Shown piece after piece: positions 28,230 to 36,843 of a stretch of DNA of 64,000 nucleotides; the stretch's first letter is position 1; every line of letters starts with the position of its first letter. The notes beneath the pieces are model-generated. The model was not told the DNA's origin. It was given only the letters and a program-made list of their open reading frames with translations, and made no database searches. The DNA is from Candidatus Parcubacteria bacterium. GTDB taxonomy: Bacteria; Patescibacteriota; Minisyncoccia; UBA6257; HR35. Both the position numbers and the translations under genes were made by a program. The stretch lies in assembly GCA_026004495.1 (NCBI GenBank), contig BPJG01000001.1, forward strand, positions 70,470 to 134,469. The letters run 5' to 3'.

Positions 28230-29027
28230 TTAAATTAAATTTAAATTAATTATTCGTTTTTTATCAAAAAGTTTTTTAAAATCGTGTCCAATCTTGTCCA
28301 TCAAAAAAACTTTTGCTTTAGAACATTTTGTTCTTTGAAAAAAAATAGAACTGGTGTAGTTAATTGTTTCATCTGATTTACCGTGAAATATAATGATGTT
28401 AGGGTAATTTTTATCCATTTTGATAAAAGAGTCAGCCTCCTTGCCGGAAAAATATTTATCCCAACATTTATTTTCTATTCCCCTGAAAGCAAATTTATAA
28501 CCTCTTCTAAGAAATTCGAGGAAAGATATATTGAATTCATAAAATGCTTCTATATTTTTTGGGTTTTCTAGATATGCTAAAACCTCTTTTTTATGTAAAA
28601 ATAGTAAAGGAGCAAATAATAAAACATTCTTTACATCATTTTTGGATACTTTTGCAGAGATAACCGGATTACCAGCAAAACTGTAACCAATTAAATGTAG
28701 ATTTTTGTAATTCCAATATATCTCTTTATTGTCAAAAGTTTTTATCCCTTTTTTCTTTTTTACGAACTCAACTGCTAATTCTACAGTTTTTTTGCAGTTC
28801 TTATAGGTAAAACTGCCTCCACTTAACCAGCTTCCCAGATAATAAACGCTGAAGAAAGCAGTTTTTTTATCTACCTTATCAATAAAAAAATCTTTATCGA
28901 TTATTTGCGGTAACCCAGGGAAATAAATAAAAATATTTTCGACATTTACCTTGCCATTGTTAAAACTATCTTTTGTATAGTAGAAATGCAGTGCTACATT
29001 TTTATAGATAAAAAGTTCTAATTCCAT
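28230..29027 (-). CDS. Alpha/beta hydrolase
   Basis: HLIGYSFAG is a GxSxG-like nucleophile elbow. IIIFHGKSDE and GHDF are consistent with the acid and His positions. Confidence 0.6.
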   Translation of the reverse strand: MELELFIYKNVALHFYYTKDSFNNGKVNVENIFIYFPGLPQIIDKDFFIDKVDKKTAFFSVYYLGSWLSGGSFTYKNCKKTVELAVEFVKKKKGIKTFDNKEIYWNYKNLHLIGYSFAGNPVISAKVSKNDVKNVLLFAPLLFLHKKEVLAYLENPKNIEAFYEFNISFLEFLRRGYKFAFRGIENKCWDKYFSGKEADSFIKMDKNYPNIIIFHGKSDETINYTSSIFFQRTKCSKAKVFLMDKIGHDFKKLFDKKRIINLNLI

Positions 29028-30041
29028 ATTTTTTTAAGCTAATAAATATTTTTCCCTTTACCGCATCGATAATAATTTTTTTATTTCTATAGTTATCAAT
29101 TTTTCCTTTGATTATTTTTGATTCTACAAGACAAAAAATATTAAACTCTCTCGCTATGACTGCTATGTGTAAAAGAATGCCTCCAGTTATTATTAATCCA
29201 TTAATAAATGGAATTTTTTTAATCAACGAAATGTCCAGATTGCGTTTTACTAAAACAATATCATTTTATATTTATTTTATCATAATCTTCAATGTTTTTA
29301 ATTATTTTTAAAAATCAACTTGCGATACCCTTGTAAGCAATATTTCCTGTTCCTATGATTTTACTTTTGTCAAAAGTATAATTTATAATTTGGGGATATT
29401 TGTTCAGAGTTGTAATATTTCTACTTTGGAAAATATAAATTTCCTTACCGTCCCATCCCCATTCAATATCTAAGTATTCCCAAATATACCTTCAAGATTT
29501 AATGCTATCTTTGACAATTTTTTCAAAAATTTAGATTTCAGGTTATTTATTTTGGCTTTTTCAATTACCTTGATAATTGGTTTTTTATGACAACTAACAA
29601 CAGAATCTCCCAAGTCTTGGGTATATTCTACAATCATCTTATTGATATTTTGATTAAATGGATCGGCAGTAAATATCACTCCCGCAACACCTACGGGAAT
29701 CAATTCTTGAATGGCAATAGCCATACTTTCAAATTCCAGTCTGATATCATTTATTCGCGCGTATATTTTAGCATTATCACTAAATAAAGATCGATAACAT
29801 AATATAATTGCCTTTATAATATTTTCTTCCCCTTTTATATTTAAGAAGCTTGAATATTGACCAGCAAAGCTGAAAAAAGGGGGGATCCTCTACCCACACT
29901 TTTCTTTGATTATTTTTATTTTTTTGGATTTAGTTCCTACTTCTAAATTATCATAATCTTCTATAAGTTTTATATTATGGTAAATGAAATGTTTATCACA
30001 CATTAGCTTTAAAACCTCTTCTTTTAAAAAGTTCCTTTCAT
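29002..30041 (-). pseudogene. PEP synthase / PEP-utilising (rifampin-phosphotransferase-like) gene, multiply frameshifted
   Basis: The pieces, in order, are ...YDNLEVGTKSKKIKIIKEKCG*, MAIAIQELIPVGVAGVIFTADPFN...DLGDSVVS (ATP-grasp part, 29470-29724), DIEWGWDGKEIYIFQSRNIT, and GLIITGGILLHIAVIAREFNIFCLV (swivel phosphohistidine domain, 29002-29226). They lie in different frames. Confidence 0.65.
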
Positions 30042-30073
30042 CTTGGATTAATCAAATATTATTTTATAGGTCC

Positions 30074-30163
30074 TTATTTTTCCCAACGATAAATAGTAAT
30101 ATATCTAACATTAAGTAATTTCGCTATTTCAATTGTGGTCAAATAAACGTTCTTATTTTTCAT
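30074..30163 (-). pseudogene. Excisionase/AlpA-type helix-turn-helix stub (29 aa)
   Basis: MKNKNVYLTTIEIAKLLNVRYITIYRWEK* resembles the excisionase-family HTH (..lT..E.A..Lgvs..TiYrw...). It ends prematurely. Confidence 0.4.
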
Positions 30164-30372
30164 ACAATTCATATCATTAAATGACTTTGTTATACTTATA
30201 ATATAATTGCTGAACACTTTGCTAATGGTTTAGTATAATAATAGTAAAGGTCGAACACATCACAAACTATCTACTAAAACAGTTATCATAACTAATTATA
30301 ATAAAAAAGCTTTTATTCAAGAACAAGGGTCAAATGTTCTTGACATGGGCGGATTAAAAATAAAAATCAAAA

Positions 30373-30417
30373 ATTAGAAGAAATAGAGAGATTAGAAGAA
30401 ATAGAGAGATTAGAAAT
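30373..30417. repeat. 18-bp tandem repeat, 2.5 copies
   Basis: attagaagaaatagagag occurs twice, followed by attagaaat. Confidence 0.85.
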
Positions 30418-30558
30418 CAAATATCTTTACATCAGACCTTGACGACCTCATAACGAGTTTAATAAAAGGGCTATCTAAATATGGAAAAAGATATTTTAGA
30501 TATGTTTTATTAGTTTTAGATGATAAATAGTTTTATATAATAAAATATTTATATACAA

Positions 30559-31020
30559 ATGAATGATTACTATAAAATATATAATTATTTTTTGACCGCC
30601 ATTAAAAAAGATAATCCTTATGGTACTCCCCCAAAAATTAGTGGAGGAAATACAAAAAATATTAAAAATGCTTTATTAAAATTTTTAATTACCCTCGAAA
30701 AAATAACAACTTCGTCAAAATTAAAATATCAAGATATTTCTATATTTGTTTTAACTGACCCCAAATTTTTCTTTCCTCATAAAAAATCGAACATTACATT
30801 AGATGATTATGGAGCGCATTTAAAAGTAAGTACCAAGGGTTTGTTGTATCAAATCTTTCAAGCTTTGGATTTATCTAGACATTTTAATTTAGTCATAAAA
30901 TTATATAATCTACTTTCAGATTTACATTTATACTTATCAATGAATGATATCCCCTCAGTAGAAATATATAAAAATAAAACTTTGAAATTATTGAAAAAGT
31001 TAAAAGAATTGGTAATTTGA
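30559..31020 (+). CDS. Hypothetical protein
   Basis: 153-aa ORF. No motif recognised. Confidence 0.45.
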   Translation: MNDYYKIYNYFLTAIKKDNPYGTPPKISGGNTKNIKNALLKFLITLEKITTSSKLKYQDISIFVLTDPKFFFPHKKSNITLDDYGAHLKVSTKGLLYQIFQALDLSRHFNLVIKLYNLLSDLHLYLSMNDIPSVEIYKNKTLKLLKKLKELVI

Positions 31021-31308
31021 GAGTTGTTCTAATGAATTTTCAAGAAATTTTACAAAATTTAAACTTGACGGAGGAGTATTTTGATATTCAAAGAAGGATA
31101 AAAAAATTTAAGAGTTGATCAAATTTGTTCTTTAAGTGAATTGGTTGGGGGTCAAATTTAAAAGGTTAAATTTAAAAGAGAAGATTTAGAAAAGATAGCA
31201 AAATTAATTAAAGAAACAGACTCTGTTAATTTAGATACTATAATAACAGAAGCAAATTCAATTAAAGATCTTATTTTTTGGTTAGAAATTTTTGAAAAAT
31301 ATAAATAA

Positions 31309-31878
31309 ATGTATATTTCTCAGGGTAGATTTTGTTATATTGAAGAACTAACAACAGCCAATGATAAAGAATTATTTGAATTAATGAAAGAAAATGAAGA
31401 AGAGTATAGAAATTTAATTAGTGATCAACCCCTACCTCAAACTTATGAAGAATTTCGGGAAACATTGAAAACTTGGTTTACTCATGGAAGAAATTTTCAG
31501 TTTTTAGTCAGAAAAAGAGAAGGAGACAAAGTTATAGGTACTTTTTTCTTTTATTTTTGGGATCAAGAAAATAAAACAACTAAAATATCAGCCTATTTTA
31601 TTCCTGAAGTAAGAAAGACACCATTAATTGAAGAAGCATTAGGATTAGCTTTGATGTTTGCTTATAAAATAATGCATGTAGAAAAAGTAGAATTTTATGT
31701 TTATAGAGAAAACACTGAAATGCTTAACTTAGTTAAAAAATATAAGATTAATAAAGTATGTGAATCTCAAAGCGAAGTTAATCCTGAAAGAACATTAATA
31801 AACTTAGAAATCTCAAAAGAACAATTACAAGAAATATATAAAAAATTAAGAAGATTTTATGAGAGAAAGATAAGGTAA
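31309..31878 (+). CDS. GNAT N-acetyltransferase (RimJ/RimL-like, Acetyltransf_3)
   Basis: The layout ...FLVRKREGDKVIGTFFFYFWDQENKTTKISAYFIPEVRKTPLIEEALGLALMFAYKIMHVEKVEFYVYRENTEMLNLVKKY fits the RimL-type GNAT core. Confidence 0.6.
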   Translation: MYISQGRFCYIEELTTANDKELFELMKENEEEYRNLISDQPLPQTYEEFRETLKTWFTHGRNFQFLVRKREGDKVIGTFFFYFWDQENKTTKISAYFIPEVRKTPLIEEALGLALMFAYKIMHVEKVEFYVYRENTEMLNLVKKYKINKVCESQSEVNPERTLINLEISKEQLQEIYKKLRRFYERKIR

Positions 31879-32172
31879 AAACCTGAATTTTTCTTAAATT
31901 TTTAACCTCCATCCAACCCCTGATAAATTGATTCTTGACCCGAATCCCATTAGAAGAAGCAAAAAAATTTATTCCATTTTGAAATTAAATTTAAAATAAA
32001 AGGTTATAAATAAAGAAAATTCTTGAATTAAAAAGTTTGATTTTAAGTAAAAAATTAAAAAAAAGAAGTATATAATATATAAAAAATTTTTCAGTTGATT
32101 AAAAAAGATTAAGAAAAGAAATTATTTGAATCAGTTATTTATGGAAAAAAGAAACATTCTCAATAAATATCA

Positions 32173-32308
32173 AAAAAGATATATTTTCTCAAGATAACTT
32201 AAGTAAAAATTTCTATTTAACTGGTGGAACAGCCTTATCAAATTTATTAGTAACTTTTTATTTAAATAATAAAATTGATGAAAATTTAGATTTTTATATC
32301 AGAAATTG
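32173..32308 (+). pseudogene. Possible AbiEii/nucleotidyltransferase-toxin fragment
   Basis: KNFYLTGGTALSNLLVTFYLNNKIDENLDFY resembles the f.LkGGTAL...y...R.S.DlDF N-terminal motif. Only about 45 codons are open. Confidence 0.3.
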
Positions 32309-32362
32309 ATTTTACGTGATAAAATAATTACATATATTTTTTTTAATAAATTATAATTTTTT

Positions 32363-33409
32363 ATGATAAAAGAATTTAAAAGAGATCAACATAAAAATCA
32401 AACTTTATTTGAAAGATTCTTTGAATATAGACAACAAATAAAGAATTTATTTTTTCTATTAAAAAGAATTTTAACGATACCTATTATATACTATGATTAT
32501 CCGAGTGAAAAGATAAAAAATAGTCTTCAAAGAATTATTGACAACTTAGAAAAGAAGTACCCAGGTGATCAATGTCGTAAATATTTAACCTATCTTTTAC
32601 TAAAAGAAAATATAATTGGAGAAAGGGGAATAGTTCCTAAAAAAAGTGAGATTGAAAAGTTTGATTTTAAAGGCGAAGATTCTATTATTTATCAACTACA
32701 ATTATTTATTAAAAACTGGCAAAAAGAAAATGAGGAAATAATAAAACTTAGAAAAGAAAAAAATTTTAAGTCATATTTAGAATTATTAAAATTAACCGAG
32801 AATAATTTAAAAAATAAAAAAATTTTAGATATTGGAACAGGAGAAAATTATTTTATTGACTATTTATATGATAAAGAATTAACAAGTGGTTCTTATGGGT
32901 TAGATATTAAACCTCCAATATTAAATGAGGGACATTTTTTTATTGGTAAATTAGAAGAATTATCTTTTCAATCGGAATCCTTCGATTTGGTCACTTGTGT
33001 AAGTTCTTATCCTGGAATTTTTGTTTTTGAACTAATAGAATCAGAAGAAGTAAATGAATTAAATGAAGAAAAAATAAGAGAATTAATTAGGCAAGGATTA
33101 GAAGAAATGCTAAGAGTAACTAAAAAAGGTGGTGAAATAAGAATTACTCCATTTGCAAAAGAAATTATTTTTGATGAAGAAAAAATTAAGAAATACAAAA
33201 AAATTTATGAAAGATTAATTAAACAAAAAAAGCTAAATGAAATTATAATAGAGGAAATTGAAAATTATTGTAAGGAAACTCAAGCAAAATTAGAAATGGA
33301 ATTTCTTAAAAAAGAAAAATGTCCTATTTATATTAATAAAGATAACCAACCATTTAAAACAAAAAATTATTATATTGCTAATAATTATGTAATTATCATT
33401 AAAAAATAA
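32363..33409 (+). CDS. Hypothetical protein with a class I methyltransferase-like central domain
   Basis: ILDIGTGENYF (motif I-like) and FDLVTCVSS. The N-terminal roughly 110 aa is shared with the 38369-38695 protein. Confidence 0.55.
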   Translation: MIKEFKRDQHKNQTLFERFFEYRQQIKNLFFLLKRILTIPIIYYDYPSEKIKNSLQRIIDNLEKKYPGDQCRKYLTYLLLKENIIGERGIVPKKSEIEKFDFKGEDSIIYQLQLFIKNWQKENEEIIKLRKEKNFKSYLELLKLTENNLKNKKILDIGTGENYFIDYLYDKELTSGSYGLDIKPPILNEGHFFIGKLEELSFQSESFDLVTCVSSYPGIFVFELIESEEVNELNEEKIRELIRQGLEEMLRVTKKGGEIRITPFAKEIIFDEEKIKKYKKIYERLIKQKKLNEIIIEEIENYCKETQAKLEMEFLKKEKCPIYINKDNQPFKTKNYYIANNYVIIIKK

Positions 33410-33428
33410 AAAAAGAATAAATTTACTC

Positions 33429-33456
33429 TTGACAAATTTTTTTATTGAGGTATAAT
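33429..33456 (+). promoter_or_regulatory. Consensus sigma70-type promoter of cassette 1
   Basis: TTGACA (33429-33434), a 16-nt spacer, then TATAAT (33451-33456). Confidence 0.6.
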
Positions 33457-33462
33457 TATTAT

Positions 33463-33526
33463 CGGCTCTAACCCCTATGTCCTCGTCTCTGATATGGAAT
33501 GGAAGCTCCTGCTTCCATTTTTTTTT
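33463..33526 (+). ncRNA. Candidate small RNA 1: 38-nt unique segment plus intrinsic terminator
   Basis: The unique core is cggctctaacccctatgtcctcgtctctgatatggaat. It is followed by the hairpin atggaagc-tcct-gcttccat and T9 (33518-33526). The start is estimated from the -10 box. Confidence 0.5.
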
Positions 33527-33576
33527 ATTCGTGTATTAAATTTAGATTTTCATGATATAATAATTAAAAAAATATC

Positions 33577-33604
33577 TTGACAAATTTTTTTATTGAGGTA
33601 TAAT
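33577..33604 (+). promoter_or_regulatory. Consensus sigma70-type promoter of cassette 2
   Basis: TTGACA (33577-33582), a 16-nt spacer, then TATAAT (33599-33604). The 35-nt block is identical to cassette 1. Confidence 0.6.
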
Positions 33605-33610
33605 TATTAT

Positions 33611-33672
33611 TAGTCTTGCCATAACCGTATCCGAATCACCTAAATTTGGAAGCTCCTGCTTCCATTTTTTTT
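33611..33672 (+). ncRNA. Candidate small RNA 2: 37-nt unique segment plus the same intrinsic terminator
   Basis: The unique core is tagtcttgccataaccgtatccgaatcacctaaattt. It is followed by the hairpin tggaagc-tcct-gcttcca and T8. Confidence 0.5.
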
Positions 33673-33767
33673 ATTCGTGTATTAAATTTAGATTTACATG
33701 ATATAATAATTAAAAAATAAAACTTTTTATGTTTTTAAATAAATTTTATAATATAAAAAAATAGAAA

Positions 33768-34502
33768 ATGGATAAAACTTTAAGGAATTCAATCATAGTT
33801 TTTTTATTTTCCTTTTTAATAATATGTTTTTGGTTTGCTTATGAATACTCAAAAAATGTTAAAGTCAAAAGATTAATTACTGTAATCGGCGAAGGGGAAG
33901 AAATTGTTACGCCTAACATTGCCGAAATAAGAATTGGAATAATTACGAAGGGTGAAGATTTAAAAACTATTCAAGAAGAAAATGATAATAAAATAAATAA
34001 AATTATAGATTTTATAAAGTCAAATGGAATTGATAGTAAAGATATTAAAACAGAAAATTATACAATTCATCCAGATTATGATTATAATACTTATCCTTCT
34101 CAAATTATTGGCTATAGCATAAGTCAAAATTTGAAAGTTAAAATTAGAGATTTGAATAAAATAAGCAATATTTTAAAAAAAGTAGTGTCTGAATATGGTG
34201 CTAATGATGTTTATGGACCTGATTTTACTGTTGACGAAATAGAAAATTATTTAGAAAAAGCAAAAGAAAAAGCAATTTTAAATGCCAAAGAAAAAGCTGA
34301 AAAAATTGCAAAAACAGCTGGAGTTAAATTAGGTAGAATAATAAGTATAAGCGAATCTTCAATATCTGGTAGAGACTTAAGTTCATTTTATAATTCCGCT
34401 GGTCGAGGAGGTGGTGAGTATATTATACAATCATCTCCCAAAATAGAACCTGGGTCTCAAGAAATAAAAACTCAAGTAAGCGTAATTTTCGAAATTAAAT
34501 GA
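33768..34502 (+). CDS. SIMPL (DUF541) domain periplasmic/secreted protein
   Basis: There is an N-terminal TM segment. ITVIGEGEEIVTPNIAEIRIGIITKGEDLKTIQEEN...IKTENYTIHPDYDY fits the SIMPL pattern. Confidence 0.7.
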   Translation: MDKTLRNSIIVFLFSFLIICFWFAYEYSKNVKVKRLITVIGEGEEIVTPNIAEIRIGIITKGEDLKTIQEENDNKINKIIDFIKSNGIDSKDIKTENYTIHPDYDYNTYPSQIIGYSISQNLKVKIRDLNKISNILKKVVSEYGANDVYGPDFTVDEIENYLEKAKEKAILNAKEKAEKIAKTAGVKLGRIISISESSISGRDLSSFYNSAGRGGGEYIIQSSPKIEPGSQEIKTQVSVIFEIK

Positions 34503-34551
34503 ATATTCTTTAAAAAAATAAATATTTTAAAATAGTAACCTAAATAATTAT

Positions 34552-35388
34552 TTACTTATATTTGCTTTTATAAAGTAAAGGGGCGGCTAAAAAAATAGAA
34601 GAGTAGGTACCAATAACAATTCCAATCTGAATTGATAGAATAAAAGGTCTTAAATCTTGAATTAGAATAGATAGAGGTACAATAGATATAATTGTAGATA
34701 GTGAAGTAAAAATAGATCTTCTTAATGTCTGATTAATACTTAAATTGAATATTTCAGCAGTATTTTTGCCTGTCTTTAAAATATTTTCCCTCAAACGATC
34801 GAAAACAACAATTGTATCATGTACAGAAAAACCAGCAATAATTAATAAGGCAGTAATAAATCTAAAATCTAAATCAAAATTATAAAACTTAGAAAGAAAA
34901 ATATAAAAACCAGTTGTAGCTATAACATCATGAAAAAGAGTAATAATAACAATAAAACCCAAGAAGAAAGGGGAAAATTGATTTTTTAATTTATAGAAAG
35001 AAAAAGAAACATAAGAGCCAATTGCTAATAAAACCAAAACAATCATTAAAAATGCCTTACGTCTTAACTCTGAGCTTAAGCTACTACTAATAGATTCAAA
35101 TTTTATCTGTTCACTTTGATTATCTCGATTTTTAATTTCTTGCCAAACAATATTTAAATCTTGTTGACTCTTAATTATATATCCCTCTTCAGTTGGATAA
35201 TAAATTGCCTTTAATTTTAAATTATTAATAATTAAAGGAACATCAGCTTTGGTTTTAATTTCAAGAATATTGCCACCAACTAAATCAATACCTAAATTAG
35301 GATTAAAAAGATAAAAACTTAAAACTCCAAAAATAACTAAAATTAAACTTAAAAAATAAAAATAATAACGATATTTAATAAAGTCCAT
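34552..35388 (-). CDS. secF: Protein translocase subunit SecF
   Basis: FIKYRYYFYFLSLILVIFGV...GIDLVGGN, and C-terminal HDTIVVFDRLREN. No secD lies adjacent. Confidence 0.85.
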   Translation of the reverse strand: MDFIKYRYYFYFLSLILVIFGVLSFYLFNPNLGIDLVGGNILEIKTKADVPLIINNLKLKAIYYPTEEGYIIKSQQDLNIVWQEIKNRDNQSEQIKFESISSSLSSELRRKAFLMIVLVLLAIGSYVSFSFYKLKNQFSPFFLGFIVIITLFHDVIATTGFYIFLSKFYNFDLDFRFITALLIIAGFSVHDTIVVFDRLRENILKTGKNTAEIFNLSINQTLRRSIFTSLSTIISIVPLSILIQDLRPFILSIQIGIVIGTYSSIFLAAPLLYKSKYK

Positions 35389-35899
35389 ATTATAAATTTA
35401 ATTTAACATATAAGAAAATTTAATTATAACTTAATTCTAAATTATTTTAAATGATTTCAAAAATTTTTATAATTAAAATAATTTTAAAAAAATCGATAAA
35501 AATGATTATAAAAAAATTAAAATAATTATCAACAATTATTAGTTAGTAAATTAAATAAATAAATAAATATGTAATTTTTTTATTTTATATAATTAATACA
35601 ACATTAACCATAATACTCTATAGAGTTTACACTTCCAAAAAAAGCTTTAAATATTTTTTAAATAGACGGGTTTAATCAACTAAAAAAAGAAGAGAATGTA
35701 GGGCGAATAATTAATTTCTAAATTAAAAGAAGACTTAAAAAACCTAAAATCAGATTAAGAAATAAATTAAAAAATAAAATATACTTCATTATTTGGTTAA
35801 ATCAATAAAAATTTTTATTATAGAATAGTTGAAAAATAAAAATAGTAAAAATAAAAATAATTCTCATTAAAATGAATATAAACAAAGAAATGACATAAT

Positions 35900-36289
35900 T
35901 CAGATTATTTTTAATATAATTTCTCTTTCTCTTGGTCCGTCAAATTCAATTAAAATTACTTTTTGCCAAGTTCCCAAAATTAAGTTCTTGTTTTCAAATG
36001 GAATAAAAAGAGAAACACCAATAAGTGAAGATAAAAAATGATCGGGAAAATGTTCAGGATTATGAGGATGAATATAATTTGCTCGAGGGGTAATTTTTTC
36101 AAAGGCAGTTAAATAATCTTTATTAGCACCAGGGTCTAGATCAGCAACAGTTAAAGCGCAGGTTGTATGTAGGGCAAAAAGGAAAACTAAGCTATTTTCT
36201 TTTTCTTGGTTGGTTAAAATTTTATTTATTTCTTCAGTAATATCAATAATTTCTTTTTTTTTATTAGTTCTAATAATTAATTTAAACAT
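35900..36289 (-). CDS. yjbQ: YjbQ/UPF0047 family (secondary thiamine-phosphate synthase) protein
   Basis: LFALHTTCALTVADLDPG...HFPDHFLSSLIGVSLFIPFENKNLILGTWQKVILIEFDGPRER. Confidence 0.85.
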   Translation of the reverse strand: MFKLIIRTNKKKEIIDITEEINKILTNQEKENSLVFLFALHTTCALTVADLDPGANKDYLTAFEKITPRANYIHPHNPEHFPDHFLSSLIGVSLFIPFENKNLILGTWQKVILIEFDGPREREIILKII

Positions 36290-36843
36290 TACTGATTTAT
36301 CTCTTCATTAATTTCAATAATTTTAAATTTTAATTTATCAGGATCAATATTTAGAACTTCAATAGATTTAGGCAGATTAATTAGATTATTTCTATTAATA
36401 GAAATATTATAATTACTAGGCTCTAAATCAGATAAATCAATTACTGCTTTAATATTTTCAGTTTTAAAATTTTTAAAATCAAGTTCATTGCCAGAAATTA
36501 AAACTTTTATTTTTGAAATATTTAAATTAGACACACTTAAATTATCTTTAAGGTTAATAAATTCAATTGGAACTTCAACGATTTTTTGAATCTTTGTTTT
36601 GTTATAATTATTAACTATCCAAATTGAAAAAGAAATAAATAAAGCTAAAAAGCCAAAACCAATATTTTTTATTATTTTGCTATAATCAGACTTAAAAAGA
36701 TCATTAAAGGAATTTTGAAAATAATAATTTTTTAATTCTTTTATAATCTTGTCTTCGCTAATATTAAAAAATAATTTAGTATCTTTAACAAAAGAAATTT
36801 TTCCAGTTTCTTCAGAGATAATAATAATTAAAGCATCAGATGA
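36289..36843 (-). CDS. Same-frame continuation: CdaA C-terminus (SDALIIIISEETGKISF) fused to a TM segment and a YbbR/CdaR-like domain
   Basis: All 185 codons after the TAA are open in the cdaA frame. They read SSDALIIIISEETGKISFVKD...IGFGFLALFISFSIWIV (TM)...VEVPIEFINLKDNLSVSNLNISKIKVLISG...(YbbR-like). The first canonical start codon is the GTG at 36534. Confidence 0.7.
   Translation of the reverse strand, partial: SSDALIIIISEETGKISFVKDTKLFFNISEDKIIKELKNYYFQNSFNDLFKSDYSKIIKNIGFGFLALFISFSIWIVNNYNKTKIQKIVEVPIEFINLKDNLSVSNLNISKIKVLISGNELDFKNFKTENIKAVIDLSDLEPSNYNISINRNNLINLPKSIEVLNIDPDKLKFKIIEINEEINQ

Noticed and set aside
33475-33540. Small peptide MSSSLIWNGSSCFHFFLFVY encoded in cassette 1
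   Set aside because: It has no RBS. The ORF runs through the terminator hairpin and T-tract. The sister cassette has no ATG at all, so coding is not a shared property.
33428-33716. CRISPR array
   Set aside because: Only two units are present, with a period of about 148 bp. Each unit carries its own promoter and terminator. The conserved parts are much longer than CRISPR repeats, and there are no cas genes.
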